A DNA stretch of 64,000 nt, from contig JAGBXR010000042.1 in the NCBI GenBank assembly GCA_017629145.1, positions 2,000 through 65,999 on the forward strand, read 5' to 3'. Of the stretch, positions 41,239-52,383 are shown piece after piece (positions within the stretch are counted from its first letter, which is position 1; every line of letters starts with the position of its first letter). A program made the translations under genes and the position numbers. The notes under the pieces are model-generated. The model saw nothing but the letters and a program-made list of their open reading frames with translations. It was not told the DNA's origin and did no database searches. This DNA comes from Alistipes sp. (GTDB lineage Bacteria; Bacteroidota; Bacteroidia; Bacteroidales; Rikenellaceae).

Positions 41239-42336
41239 TTATACGTTGAAGAGGAAGTGCATAATATCGCCATCCTCGACAACATACTCCTTACCCTCGA
41301 TGCCAATCTTACCAACATCGCGGCAGGCACGCTCCGAGCCAAGCTCCACATAGTCGGCATACTTGATAACCTCGGCGCGGATGAAGCCTCGCTCGAAGTC
41401 GGAGTGGATGACACCAGCAGTCTCTGGAGCCTTCATACCGCGGCGGAATGTCCACGCACGGCTCTCGTCAGCACCCGTAGTGAAGAATGTCTGAAGGTCG
41501 AGCAGACGGTATGCAGCCTTGATAAGGCGACTTACGCCCGACTCCTCAAGACCCATATCCTGAAGGAAAAGCTGACGCTCCTCGTAGCTCTCCAGCTCGG
41601 CGATATCGGCCTCGGCCGAAGCCGCTACGATAAGCATCTCGGCGTGCTCGTCGGCGATAGCTGCGCGTACAGCCTCGGTGTGAGCATTACCCGTTACGGC
41701 TGATGCCTCGTCTACGTTGCAGACGTAGAGCACTGGCTTATCGGTAAGAAGATTCAAATCCCAAACCACCTTGCGCTCCTCGGCAGTAAGCTCAACGGTA
41801 CGAGCCGAAAGGCCCTGCTCGAGAGCCTCCTTATACTGGAGGAGAATGTCGTACTGACGCTTTGCAATCTTGTCGCCTGCTGTCGCCTGCTTCTGGCACT
41901 TGCCAATACGGTTCTCGATAGTCTCAAGATCCTTGAGCTGGAGCTCGGTGTCGATGATACCCTTATCGCGAAGTGGGTCTACCGTACCATCAACGTGTGT
42001 GATGTTGTCGTTCTCAAAGCAGCGCAACACGTGGATAATAGCGTTGGTATTACGGATGTTAGCCAAGAACTTATTACCCAAGCCCTCGCCCTTTGATGCA
42101 CCCTTAACCAAACCTGCGATATCGACAATCTCGATTGTAGTTGGTACTACGCGCTTGGGGTTGTCGATCTCGGCGAGCTTCATAAGACGCTCATCGGGCA
42201 CAGTGATAACGCCCACGTTGGGCTCAATGGTGCAGAAGGGGAAGTTAGCAGCCTGGGCACGCGCATTCGACAAGCAGTTAAAGAGTGTTGATTTGCCGAC
42301 GTTAGGCAAACCTACGATTCCACATTGTAAAGCCAT
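41239..42336 (-). CDS. ychF: Redox-regulated ATPase YchF
   Basis: GLPNVGKST, FPFCTIEPN, DIAGLV, GFIRAE. Confidence 0.97.
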   Translation of the reverse strand: MALQCGIVGLPNVGKSTLFNCLSNARAQAANFPFCTIEPNVGVITVPDERLMKLAEIDNPKRVVPTTIEIVDIAGLVKGASKGEGLGNKFLANIRNTNAIIHVLRCFENDNITHVDGTVDPLRDKGIIDTELQLKDLETIENRIGKCQKQATAGDKIAKRQYDILLQYKEALEQGLSARTVELTAEERKVVWDLNLLTDKPVLYVCNVDEASAVTGNAHTEAVRAAIADEHAEMLIVAASAEADIAELESYEERQLFLQDMGLEESGVSRLIKAAYRLLDLQTFFTTGADESRAWTFRRGMKAPETAGVIHSDFERGFIRAEVIKYADYVELGSERACRDVGKIGIEGKEYVVEDGDIMHFLFNV

Positions 42337-42393
42337 TTTCTATAAGTTTATTTTTTTGATTTTCTATTATTGTAATTCCAAATTCAATATTGT

Positions 42394-44193
42394 TTAGTCG
42401 GCCTGCGATACGTTGACCAATGCCTGACGATAGGCGTTCAGTATTCGTGATTTCGAGATGAAGCCTAAGTAGCGGTTGCCCTTCGATACTACGGGCAGCA
42501 TCCAGGTGTTGGCCTGCTCGAAGCGAGGCATAATGCTCTGTACCATCTCGTGTTCCAAAATCTTATCCGCAGGTTGTATCATATAGTCCATAATCGAGCG
42601 ACTCCACTTATCGCGGTTGAACATATCGTGGCGCAGGTCGTCGAGCTGCACGATACCCAACAACTGTCCGTCGTTGTTTACAACGGGGAAGATGTTACGG
42701 CGCGAGCTCGAGATGATGTTGACCACATCGCCCAGTGTGATAGACTCCCTAAGACGTATAAAGTCGGTCTCCATAAGCTCGTCGAGACGCAGAAATACGA
42801 ATGCCGATGAGTCTTTGTCGTGTGTGAGAAGCTCACCACGCATACGCAACTGCTTGGTGTAGATAGAATCGCGGTCGAGGCTGTAGTTTACGGCAAACGA
42901 TATGCACGATACGATCATCAGCGGGATGAATAGGCCGTAGCCATTCGAAAGCTCGGCGATAAGGAAGATTGCTGTCAGTGGGGCCTTCATTACGCCCGAC
43001 ATCACACCGGCCATACCTGCCAGCGTGAAGGATGTGATAGATACATCCCAGCCAAACACAGTGTGGCATACCACCGCGAGGGTAGCACCAGCAAAGGCTC
43101 CGACGAAGAGCGAGGGCGCAAAGGTACCGCCGACACCGCCTGCTGCGTTGGTTGTAGCCATCGCGATAACCTTGAAGAGCATAATGGCTACAAGGTAGAT
43201 GATGAGAAACCAGTCGACCTCTCGGAATGAGTAGAAGATGGTGTTGTCGAAGAGCTGCTCGGTATTTCCTGACATAAGTGTGCCGAAACTGCTGTGACCC
43301 TCACCATACAATGGTGGGAAGATGAACATAAGCACACCAAGTGTGATACCTGCAAACAGCCACTTCTTCCACTGCTTCTCTACGGTCTTGTAGAAGCCTC
43401 CTACCTTGGAGTTTACCGAGGTGAAGTAGAATGCCATAATACCGCAGAAACCTCCGAGGAGTACGAAGAGTGGAATCTGTATCACCTGGAACATATCCTG
43501 CTGGTCGAGCGATACGGCAATGATTGGAGAGAATCCTTGCAGTGCAAGCGATGTGATTGTCGCGGTCATCGATGCCATAAGCAGCGGAATAATCGACTTT
43601 GTTGTAATCTCGAGCATCAGAATCTCGAGTACGAAGACCACGCCCGTAATCGGAGCTTTGAAGATTGCTGCTACGGCTGCACCAGCACCACAGCACAGAA
43701 GTAGGGTGATGTTCTTGTAATTCAGGCGAGCAAGCTTACCTACATTCGAGCCGATGGCGGCACCAGTAAGCACGATAGGTGCCTCGGGGCCTACCGAACC
43801 ACCAAATCCGATGGTCGTAGCACCACCCACAATCGACGTCCAGCAGTTGTGCCCTGCGATGCGCGAATTCTTGCGCGACATAGCGTAGAGCACACGCGTA
43901 ACACCCTCCGAGATGCCATCCTTGACAATGTACTTGACGAACAGCGTAGCGAGGATGATACCGATTGCAGGGTATACGAGGTAGAGCCACTGCGCCTGAT
44001 CGGCCGGAGTCCACGACGTGAGCAGATGGGTAATCGTATGCAGCAGCGTATTGAACACATAGGCTCCGATGCCAGCAAACAGACCCACGATGATGGCGAG
44101 TATTGCCATCACCTGGGCGTTGCTCAACCTGCGCGTGAGAACGAGGAAGCCCTGGTATATACGCTCCTTAATTGTATTTTCGAGTTCAATCAT
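42394..44193 (-). CDS. ClC chloride channel family protein with CBS domains
   Basis: GGSVGPEAP, FKAPITG, GGTFAPSLFVG, C-terminal CBS pair. Confidence 0.92.
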   Translation of the reverse strand: MIELENTIKERIYQGFLVLTRRLSNAQVMAILAIIVGLFAGIGAYVFNTLLHTITHLLTSWTPADQAQWLYLVYPAIGIILATLFVKYIVKDGISEGVTRVLYAMSRKNSRIAGHNCWTSIVGGATTIGFGGSVGPEAPIVLTGAAIGSNVGKLARLNYKNITLLLCCGAGAAVAAIFKAPITGVVFVLEILMLEITTKSIIPLLMASMTATITSLALQGFSPIIAVSLDQQDMFQVIQIPLFVLLGGFCGIMAFYFTSVNSKVGGFYKTVEKQWKKWLFAGITLGVLMFIFPPLYGEGHSSFGTLMSGNTEQLFDNTIFYSFREVDWFLIIYLVAIMLFKVIAMATTNAAGGVGGTFAPSLFVGAFAGATLAVVCHTVFGWDVSITSFTLAGMAGVMSGVMKAPLTAIFLIAELSNGYGLFIPLMIVSCISFAVNYSLDRDSIYTKQLRMRGELLTHDKDSSAFVFLRLDELMETDFIRLRESITLGDVVNIISSSRRNIFPVVNNDGQLLGIVQLDDLRHDMFNRDKWSRSIMDYMIQPADKILEHEMVQSIMPRFEQANTWMLPVVSKGNRYLGFISKSRILNAYRQALVNVSQAD

Positions 44194-44211
44194 AAATGTT
44201 CTGAATTATCT

Positions 44212-45330
44212 CTACTTGCGATACTGCTCCGCCTGGCGTGCGATAAGCTCGCTGTCCTCGAAGTAGTTGATGCGCATCGAGCGGCGTACATCGTTAAGCG
44301 TTGCGGCAGCAGCCTCGCGTGCCTCATCTGAACCACGACGCAAAATCTCGTATACCTCCTCGATATGCTGCTCGTAGTGCTTTCTGCGCTCACGAATTGG
44401 CTGCAACAGCTCCTCGAGTACAGCGATGAGGAAACGCTTGCACTTCACGTCGCCAAGACCGCCACGACGGTAGTGCTCCTTTAGTGCATCCAACGATTCG
44501 TAGTCTGGAAGATACTTCGCAAAGTGCTCGGGACGTGAGAATGCATCGAGGTAGGTGAACACGGTGTTGCCCTCAACCTGGCCTGGATCCTCTACGCGAA
44601 GGTGGTTAGGATCGGTGTACATACCCATAACCTTCTTCTTAACATCCTCTGCTGTATCCGAGAGGTAGATGCAGTTACCGAGCGACTTCGACATCTTGGC
44701 CTTGCCATCGGTGCCAGGAAGACGCAAACAAGCCGAGTTTGTGGGAAGCATAATCTGTGGCTCAACGAGTGTCTCGCCATATACCGAGTTGAACTTGTGT
44801 ACGATCTCGCGTGTCTGCTCAATCATAGGCTCCTGATCCTCGCCTACAGGTACGGTGGTAGCGCGGAATGCGGTGATGTCGGCAGCTTGTGAGATAGGGT
44901 AGGTGAAGAAACCTACTGGAGTACCCTTACGCTGCTGATTCTCCTCCTCGCCCTGGTTGTCTGCAAAGCCGCGAAGCTGAATCTCGGCCTTAACAGTAGG
45001 GTTGCGCTGAAGACGCTGCACAGTAACGAGGTTCATATAGTAGAACGCAAGCTCCGTAAGCTCGGCTACGTACGACTGGATGAAGATTGTCGACTGCGTA
45101 GGGTCAATGCCGCAAGAGAGGTAGTCGAGGGCAACCTCGATGATGTTCTCGCGTACCTTGTCTGGGTTGTCTGCGTTATCGGTGAGAGCCTGTGCATCGG
45201 CAATCATAATGAATATCTTGTCATACTCGCCAGAGTTCTGCAACTCTACGCGACGACTGAGTGAACCAACAAAATGTCCGAGGTGCAACTTACCTGTGGG
45301 ACGGTCTCCTGTGAGAATAATTTTTGCCAT
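44212..45330 (-). CDS. trpS: Tryptophan--tRNA ligase
   Basis: [25 protein letters not shown]. Confidence 0.96.
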   Translation of the reverse strand: MAKIILTGDRPTGKLHLGHFVGSLSRRVELQNSGEYDKIFIMIADAQALTDNADNPDKVRENIIEVALDYLSCGIDPTQSTIFIQSYVAELTELAFYYMNLVTVQRLQRNPTVKAEIQLRGFADNQGEEENQQRKGTPVGFFTYPISQAADITAFRATTVPVGEDQEPMIEQTREIVHKFNSVYGETLVEPQIMLPTNSACLRLPGTDGKAKMSKSLGNCIYLSDTAEDVKKKVMGMYTDPNHLRVEDPGQVEGNTVFTYLDAFSRPEHFAKYLPDYESLDALKEHYRRGGLGDVKCKRFLIAVLEELLQPIRERRKHYEQHIEEVYEILRRGSDEAREAAAATLNDVRRSMRINYFEDSELIARQAEQYRK

Positions 45331-45494
45331 ATATCAATACAATTTAAAGCGGTTTGTTTTGCGATACTTATATATATCGCGCTCATAGGTGACAAAAATA
45401 CTAAAAATTTGCTAAAACAACTAAAAAAATGTGGATGATATAGAATTTTTTTATAACTTTGTACAAAGTAAAATCTCATTATCTATATCGACCT

Positions 45495-46394
45495 ATGACT
45501 ATTATCCAGCTTGAGTATCTTATGGCAGTGGCCAATTGTGGTAGCTTTTCTGTGGCTGCCGAGCATTGTTTTGTGACGCAACCATCTCTGTCAATGCAGA
45601 TTAAGGCATTGGAAGAGGAGCTAGGCGTTGTACTTCTCGACCGCACGAAGAAGCCTATTATTCCTACGGCTGTCGGCGAGGTGGTGCTTGAGCAGGTGCG
45701 TGAGACGTTGCGTGCCTATAACTACATTCGCGAGTCGGTTTCCGAGATGCGTGGCGAGACTGTGGGAAAGATGCGTCTGGGTGTGATTCCTACGATCGCT
45801 CCATACTTGTTGCACAAGTTTATCCCTACGTTCATCAAGGAGTATCCAAAGGTTGAACTCGAGATTAGTGAGATGGTGACAGCTGATATCATCGAAGCGC
45901 TGAAGCACGATCGCATCGATGCAGCGTTGGTGGCGAGCGGTACGTGTGGCGATGGTATTACGGAGCACGATCTCTTCAGTGACCACTTCTATGCATATCT
46001 CTCTCCTTCGCATCCTCTATTCGAGCGTAGTAATATTCGTATCGAGGATATCGATTTCAAGGATCTCATCCTGTTGAGTCGCGGTAACTGTATGCGTGAC
46101 CAGATTTTCGAGCTTTGTCAGGCTGCCCACGACATACCTTCGCATTTCTACTTTGAGTCAGGTTCGCTTGATACCCTTATGCGAATGGTCGACTGCACCT
46201 CGTGTATGACAATCATCCCCGAGATGGCGCTTGAGTTTATTCCGCTTTCGCGTCGCAATCGCGTAAAGAGCATCGCTAAGGGTGCGACCTCGCGTCGTGT
46301 TGCGCTGGCTGTCAGTCGTACATATGTCAAGCAGTCGATTGTTGAGGCGTTGAGAGAGACCATTATGAAGTGTGTTAATCAAGATCCTGTATAG
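45495..46394 (+). CDS. oxyR: OxyR-like LysR regulator
   Basis: MTIIQLEY..CFVTQPSLSMQI HTH; redox cysteine pair GNCMRDQIFELC; ESGSLDTL. Confidence 0.82.
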   Translation: MTIIQLEYLMAVANCGSFSVAAEHCFVTQPSLSMQIKALEEELGVVLLDRTKKPIIPTAVGEVVLEQVRETLRAYNYIRESVSEMRGETVGKMRLGVIPTIAPYLLHKFIPTFIKEYPKVELEISEMVTADIIEALKHDRIDAALVASGTCGDGITEHDLFSDHFYAYLSPSHPLFERSNIRIEDIDFKDLILLSRGNCMRDQIFELCQAAHDIPSHFYFESGSLDTLMRMVDCTSCMTIIPEMALEFIPLSRRNRVKSIAKGATSRRVALAVSRTYVKQSIVEALRETIMKCVNQDPV

Positions 46395-46436
46395 CGGTGA
46401 TATAGTAAAGGATATTTTGTCGTTGTACGCAATAGG

Positions 46437-46482
46437 GAGACCTCGACTTACGTTTTAGTATGTCGAGGTTTTTCTTTTTTTT
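46437..46482 (+). terminator. Terminator after oxyR
   Basis: GAGACCTCGAC / GTCGAGGTTTT stem with long T tract. Confidence 0.75.
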
Positions 46483-47003
46483 GTATCTAAGAATAGCTCA
46501 AAGTCGCATTTTGTTTCGTAAAATTCCATTAGAACTATTTGGCTAAATGTGATTTAGGTAAAGGTGGAGTGATGGAGAAGTGTAGCGAGTGTTTGTATGG
46601 TGGGTTATTTCTCTTTTAATATGATAATGTGTTGATGTATAGAGGTGTATGCTTGAAGTATTTGTGCGATATATATTGTTGAATATGATATTTATAACTT
46701 AATGATTAAATATTAGTATCAGCATAATATATTCTTTTGTTGTTGTAGTGGTTGCTTGTGATTTTTGTTGTTGGAAGAGGCGTGATATGGGTGCGGTTGT
46801 CCTAAATATTCGAAATAAATGCGACAAGTGTCTTTTTTTATTGATACTTTAATCGAAGAAAATTAGTTTTATTATTAAATATTTTGTATCTTTGCGTGAA
46901 TATGAGCCTTTATGTGCTTTTGCGATGCTTTGCATATTGCGGTAAGAGATGTGTAAAGGATGGGTAAATTTAGATTATTAACATTGATTATTAGATAGTT
47001 ACT

Positions 47004-47363
47004 ATGGAAAATTTGGAGAAGTTGATTAACACAATAGTTGAGGCCATTGACGATAAGAAGGGTAAGGGTATCGTATCGCTCGATCTCTCGGGTTTTGATG
47101 GTGCCATTTGCTCGCATTTTGTAGTATGTCACGCAGATTCTACAACACAGGTAGACGCAATTGCAGCTGGTATCGAGGATAAGGTTTTTGAGGTTATGCA
47201 CGAGTGGCCAGTGCGCGTTGAGGGTCGTCAGAATGCCTTCTGGGTGGCTATGGACTATACCGATGTTATTGTTCACATCTTCCAGACCGAGCTTCGCGAC
47301 TACTATCGTTTGGAGGAGTTGTGGGCAGATGCGCCTATCAAGCGTTACGAGTTCGGCGAGTAA
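47004..47363 (+). CDS. rsfS: Ribosome silencing factor
   Basis: DKKG, FVVC, WVAMDY.DVIVHIF..RDYYRLEELW. Confidence 0.95.
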   Translation: MENLEKLINTIVEAIDDKKGKGIVSLDLSGFDGAICSHFVVCHADSTTQVDAIAAGIEDKVFEVMHEWPVRVEGRQNAFWVAMDYTDVIVHIFQTELRDYYRLEELWADAPIKRYEFGE

Positions 47364-47559
47364 TTCGTATCGGCAGACTTGATTTAGGCCCAGACTTTAG
47401 TGTTGTGGCCATAGGTGTCGCTGCGTAGCTTCTGAATGTTGTAGTGTACTTTGTTGCAAGGTGCACTATTTCAGGCGAGTAGCGTTTGTATTTAGATGAA
47501 ACCCCGTATCGAGGGGATGGTTTTGTAGTAAGTTAAAGAATAGGAGTTTAAGAGAAAAT

Positions 47560-49650
47560 ATGGCAAGTGGACAAAAAATGCCACAACTTCGCCCACGCTT
47601 CAGCTTTATGTGGTTTTGGGCGATGGTTATTATGGTAATCGTCGGCTACTCGTTGTTTGATACATCCGAGCAGCGCCCCATCGAGGGAGACTGGAATATG
47701 GTCGACGAGTTGATTGAAAAGGGATACGTTGAGCGTATCGAGGTACTTGATAAGGAGAAGGCAAGCATCTATCTTCGTCGCGAGGCTATCGACTCGTTGG
47801 CTGGTGACGAGCGCTTTGCAAATATGCCTGCAACAGGCAAGCAGATTGTCTACAACACTGGTGGCGATGTGCAGTACTTCGCCGAGCGTGTTGCACGTGG
47901 TGAGGAGAGAGCCGATGCTGCTGGTATCGATAAGAAGGATGTTGTGGTTAAGTATGGTCGCACCGAGCGCGGCATTATGGACTACATCGTCGATTTCCTT
48001 CCCTGGATACTCATCATCGCAGTGTGGTTCTTCATTATGCGCAGTATGGCGCGTGGTGGCGGCGCAGGTGGCGGTGGCGGCATTATGAACGTGGGTAAGG
48101 CTCGCGCACAGATGTCTGACAAGAACAATAAGCAGCGCGTAACATTCAAGGATGTAGCAGGCTTGGAGGAGGCAAAGGTCGAGATTATGGAGATTGTCGA
48201 CTTCTTGCGCAATGCCGATAAGTACAAGGCCTTGGGTGCAAAGATTCCAAAGGGCGCACTCTTGGCAGGCCCTCCGGGAACTGGTAAGACATTGTTGGCC
48301 AAGGCTGTAGCAGGCGAGGCTAATGTGCCTTTCCTCTCGATTTCGGGTTCCGACTTCGTGGAGATGTTCGTGGGTGTAGGTGCTTCGCGTGTTCGCGATC
48401 TTTTCGACCAGGCAAAGAAGGTGGCTCCTTGTATTGTCTTCATCGACGAGATCGATGCTATTGGTCGCGCTCGTGGTAAGAATTCGGGCTTCTCGGGTAA
48501 CGATGAGCGCGAGAATACGCTCAACCAGTTGCTCACCGAGATGGATGGCTTCCAGACAAATACTGGTGTTATCGTCTTGGCAGCTACCAACCGAGTAGAT
48601 ATTCTGGATAAGGCATTGATGCGTGCTGGTCGCTTCGATCGTCAGATCGAGGTTGGCTTGCCCGATGTGAAGGAGCGTCAGGCAATCTTCGAGGTGCATC
48701 TGCGCAACATCAAGCTCGATTCGAAGCTTGATCGTGAGTTCTTGGCAAAGCAGACTCCAGGTTTTGCAGGTGCCGATATCGCAAACGTATGTAACGAGGC
48801 GGCGCTCATTGCGGCACGTAATAATAAGGATGCTGTAACGCAGGAGGATTTCCTCGCGGCTATCGACCGTATCGTCGGAGGTCTCGAGCGCAGAAATATG
48901 CCGATGACCAAGGAGGAGCGTCGCTCGACGGCTATCCACGAGGCTGGCCACGCTACGGTTATGTGGCGCTTGAAGAACTGCGACCCAGTGCTTAAGATTA
49001 CCATCATTCCTCGTGGTCGTTCGTTGGGTGCTACTTGGTACTTGCCCGAGGAGAGGGTTAACCACAATGTCGAGCACTTCCACCACAAGATGGCAGGAAT
49101 GCTTGGAGGTCGTATCGCAGAGCAGTTGTTGATGGGTGTAACCAGCACAGGTGCGCTCAATGACCTGGAGCGTACAACAAAGATCGCATACGCAATGGTT
49201 GCATACTACGGTATGAGCCCAGAGGTGGGCAATATCAGTTTCTTCGATGGTACGGGTCAGCGCGATATGTTCACCAAGCCATTCTCGGAGAAGACCGCCG
49301 AGCTTATCGATACCGAGGTGCGTCGTTTGGTTGACGAAGCTGTGGAGCTCACACGCTCAATCATCTCGGAGGAGAGAGAGAATATCGAGCGTCTTGCCGA
49401 TTTGCTTATCGACAAGGAGACAATCTTCTCGGAGGATGTCGAGGCTATCTTGGGCAAGAGCGAGCAGCAGAAGGCCAAGGAGCTTCTCGAGGCAGAGCTA
49501 AAGCAGACCGAGGTAGAGTCTGCGGAAGAGGTCGAGGAGAACGAGTCGGATGTCGAGGTAGAGGTAGTTGTCGGCGATGGTGACCAGACAACCACCATAA
49601 AGTATGTTTTCGACACCGAGTCTTCGGAGACAAAAGAGGAGTACGAGTAG
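47560..49650 (+). CDS. ftsH: ATP-dependent zinc metalloprotease FtsH
   Basis: Two TMs, [17 protein letters not shown]. Confidence 0.96.
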   Translation: MASGQKMPQLRPRFSFMWFWAMVIMVIVGYSLFDTSEQRPIEGDWNMVDELIEKGYVERIEVLDKEKASIYLRREAIDSLAGDERFANMPATGKQIVYNTGGDVQYFAERVARGEERADAAGIDKKDVVVKYGRTERGIMDYIVDFLPWILIIAVWFFIMRSMARGGGAGGGGGIMNVGKARAQMSDKNNKQRVTFKDVAGLEEAKVEIMEIVDFLRNADKYKALGAKIPKGALLAGPPGTGKTLLAKAVAGEANVPFLSISGSDFVEMFVGVGASRVRDLFDQAKKVAPCIVFIDEIDAIGRARGKNSGFSGNDERENTLNQLLTEMDGFQTNTGVIVLAATNRVDILDKALMRAGRFDRQIEVGLPDVKERQAIFEVHLRNIKLDSKLDREFLAKQTPGFAGADIANVCNEAALIAARNNKDAVTQEDFLAAIDRIVGGLERRNMPMTKEERRSTAIHEAGHATVMWRLKNCDPVLKITIIPRGRSLGATWYLPEERVNHNVEHFHHKMAGMLGGRIAEQLLMGVTSTGALNDLERTTKIAYAMVAYYGMSPEVGNISFFDGTGQRDMFTKPFSEKTAELIDTEVRRLVDEAVELTRSIISEERENIERLADLLIDKETIFSEDVEAILGKSEQQKAKELLEAELKQTEVESAEEVEENESDVEVEVVVGDGDQTTTIKYVFDTESSETKEEYE

Positions 49651-49667
49651 TAACGCAAAGCTAATAA

Positions 49668-50531
49668 ATGACTATGAATGACAAGAGTCGTAATCTGATA
49701 GTGCGTACCTTGAGCGGTGCGGTATTGTTGGGCGTGGTTCTGGCGGCAGCCTTTTTGGGTAAGTATGCCTATGGTGCATTGCTGCTGTTTATCCTCTCTA
49801 TGGGTATGGATGAGTTCTACGCCATAGTCACAAAGGGTGATATTGAGCCTCAAAAGGGCGTAGGCCAGGTATTGGGTATTGCGCTTTTTGGTGGCGCATA
49901 CGAAATTTTTAGAAGATTGTACGATGGCGTTGAGATGTGTGGCGGTCAGTACTGGTTTATCGGTGCGATTATCCTTCTTGTGCTATTTGTGCCATTTATT
50001 ATCGAGATCTTCCGTGCCAAGGAGCACCCTTTGCGTAATATTGCAGCTACGATTATGGGTGTTATCTATGTTGCGCTTCCAATGTCGCTGATGCTCTTCA
50101 TCCCGCTCTTGTTGAATGGCGGTGTATGGCGTGCCGAGGCGTTCCTTTTCTACCTCTTCATTGTCTGGGGTAACGATGTCTTTGCATACCTTACTGGTGT
50201 GAGCATCGGCAAGCACAGAATGTGTGAGCGTATCTCTCCGAAGAAGTCGTGGGAGGGATTTGTTGGTGGTATCATAGGTGCTTTGGCTATGGGTGCTCTC
50301 GGTAATGTTGTCGTTGGCGGAGGCTATCCATTGTGGCTCGGCCTGGCATTTATCGTTGCTATCAGCTCGGTGCTTGGCGACCTTGTAGAGTCGATGTTTA
50401 AGCGCGAGGCTGGCATCAAGGATTCGGGCAGTATTCTGCCTGGTCACGGAGGAATGCTTGATCGTTTCGATGCGCTGATTATCTCGGTGCCATTCGCATT
50501 CGTATACCTTGTCATTGTAATGATACTTTAA
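49668..50531 (+). CDS. cdsA: Phosphatidate cytidylyltransferase
   Basis: ISPKKSWEG, GDLVESMFKR..KDSG.ILPGHGG.LDRFD. Confidence 0.95.
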   Translation: MTMNDKSRNLIVRTLSGAVLLGVVLAAAFLGKYAYGALLLFILSMGMDEFYAIVTKGDIEPQKGVGQVLGIALFGGAYEIFRRLYDGVEMCGGQYWFIGAIILLVLFVPFIIEIFRAKEHPLRNIAATIMGVIYVALPMSLMLFIPLLLNGGVWRAEAFLFYLFIVWGNDVFAYLTGVSIGKHRMCERISPKKSWEGFVGGIIGALAMGALGNVVVGGGYPLWLGLAFIVAISSVLGDLVESMFKREAGIKDSGSILPGHGGMLDRFDALIISVPFAFVYLVIVMIL

Positions 50532-50563
50532 AACAGAAATCTATAACCTAAAACTAAAACTAT

Positions 50564-51241
50564 ATGAAGATTAATAAAGAGGGTTACATAATCATCGGAA
50601 CCACCGGTTTGATATGCTTGGCAATATGGCTACTTGTCTACTTCTTCATTGACACAGTATCGGCCTATATATGGTTTATGACCATCTTCCTGGCTGTCTT
50701 CTGGTTCTTCGTTGCAGCCTTCTTTCGTGAGCCACGCCGTGTGCAGATTCACGATGACGAGCTTATCTTCTCGCCTTGTGATGGTCGTGTCGTAGTTACC
50801 GAGATTGTTCACGAGAAGGAGCATATCGACTGCGAGATGATGCAGATTTCTATCTTTATGTCCGTTACCAACGTGCATATGAACTGGTTGCCTGTAGGTG
50901 GCGAGATTGAGTATACGAAGCATCACGATGGACGTTTCCTCGTTGCCTGGCATCCGAAGTCGTCTACCGAGAACGAGCGTACAACGACTGTTGTCAAGAT
51001 GAAGGATGGTCGTCGAGTGCTTGTGCGCCAGATTGCAGGCTTCGTAGCGCGCCGTATCGTGTCGTATGTTAAGCCAGGTAAGCATATGAAGCAGAACGAT
51101 GTGTTGGGTTTCATCAAGTTTGGCTCGCGTGTTGATGTTCTCGTGCCAAAGGATTCAGAGCTCTTCGTAGAGATTGGCGATCCGGTTATCGGTTCACAGA
51201 CACCTATCGCACGTCTCAAGCGTCGCGAGGAGCAGTCCTAA
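50564..51241 (+). CDS. psd: Phosphatidylserine decarboxylase proenzyme (short type)
   Basis: FFREP, SPCDG, SIFMS..NVH, IKFGSRVD. Confidence 0.92.
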   Translation: MKINKEGYIIIGTTGLICLAIWLLVYFFIDTVSAYIWFMTIFLAVFWFFVAAFFREPRRVQIHDDELIFSPCDGRVVVTEIVHEKEHIDCEMMQISIFMSVTNVHMNWLPVGGEIEYTKHHDGRFLVAWHPKSSTENERTTTVVKMKDGRRVLVRQIAGFVARRIVSYVKPGKHMKQNDVLGFIKFGSRVDVLVPKDSELFVEIGDPVIGSQTPIARLKRREEQS

Positions 51242-51260
51242 ACATTAGCTTTACCTTGTT

Positions 51261-52355
51261 ATGAACGGTAATAAATTTCTTAAGGGCATTGTCACATTTC
51301 TTATAGCTTGTGGCGTGCTCTTTCTTATATGGTATCTGTCGCGCGTGGTGATATATGTTATCATCTCTGCGGTGTTGGCTATTATGGGTCGCGGCCTTGT
51401 GCAGTTGTTGTCGCGTCTCAAGATCTTTGGAAGGGATATCTCGCGCGGTATGGCTGCTGCCTTCACGCTCATCGTGATATGGTGTGTGGCTGGTGCCTTG
51501 TGCGCACTCTTTCTGCCACCCGTTATGGACAAGATTCACCAGCTGGCACAACTCGAGTGGGAGGGCGTTGCTCGCACTGTTCAGGCAGCGATTGTCGACG
51601 TGCAGGTTATGTTGCAGCGACTGCTCGATGTTGAGTTTAATGATGTTGCCGAGACTATCAAGGAGTACCTCATAAAGGATATCAATATCGACTACTTGAG
51701 CACCTTCTCGAATATCATCTCGTTGCTCACCTCGTCGTTTATTGCACTCTTCTCGATTTCGTTCATAACATTCTACTTCCTGAAGGAGGATGGCCTCTTC
51801 TATCGCCTTGTGGCACTCTTCTTCCCCGATCGCTATCGCACCAATGTATTCCACGCTCTGGACTCTGTCACAACGCTCCTTTCGCGCTATTTTGGAGGTC
51901 TGCTTGTTGAGAGTCTGGTGCTGCTGACTATCATCTCTATCACGATGATGATTTGCGGTATGGCTCCGGGTGATGCGCTTGTCATAGGCCTTATCATTGG
52001 CGTTATGAATGTTATCCCCTATGCTGGCCCATTTATCGGATGTATGTTGTCGCTTGTCATTGGCATCATCACACCTATCAACGGCGATGTCAGCTTTACG
52101 GCTATAGCTATTGTTTCGACGATTGTTGTTGTAAAACTTATAGACGATTTTATTATTCAGCCTACACTCTACTCCGACCGTGTACAGGCGCACCCACTCG
52201 AGGTTTTCCTCGTTATTCTTATCGCTGGCTATGTCGGTGGTATCTGGGGTATGCTTCTGGCGATACCGCTTTATACGGTATTCAGAGTCTTTGCTCGCGA
52301 GTTCTTCTCGGAGTATGGTCTTGTGCGTCGCCTTACGGGACAGATGACAAAGTAG
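51261..52355 (+). CDS. AI-2E family transporter
   Basis: Multi-TM; NVIPYAGP, HPLEV, GMLLAIP. Confidence 0.88.
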   Translation: MNGNKFLKGIVTFLIACGVLFLIWYLSRVVIYVIISAVLAIMGRGLVQLLSRLKIFGRDISRGMAAAFTLIVIWCVAGALCALFLPPVMDKIHQLAQLEWEGVARTVQAAIVDVQVMLQRLLDVEFNDVAETIKEYLIKDINIDYLSTFSNIISLLTSSFIALFSISFITFYFLKEDGLFYRLVALFFPDRYRTNVFHALDSVTTLLSRYFGGLLVESLVLLTIISITMMICGMAPGDALVIGLIIGVMNVIPYAGPFIGCMLSLVIGIITPINGDVSFTAIAIVSTIVVVKLIDDFIIQPTLYSDRVQAHPLEVFLVILIAGYVGGIWGMLLAIPLYTVFRVFAREFFSEYGLVRRLTGQMTK

Positions 52356-52383
52356 TGTGGCTATAAAACTGATATGATTTACT

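Noticed and set aside
45331-47003. oriC at the switch from mostly minus-strand to mostly plus-strand genes
   Set aside because: Only one imperfect DnaA-box-like 9-mer (TGTGGATGA near 45430), no box cluster, no dnaA, and skew cannot be judged from this window
47548-49086. 512-aa minus-strand ORF
   Set aside because: Antisense shadow of ftsH
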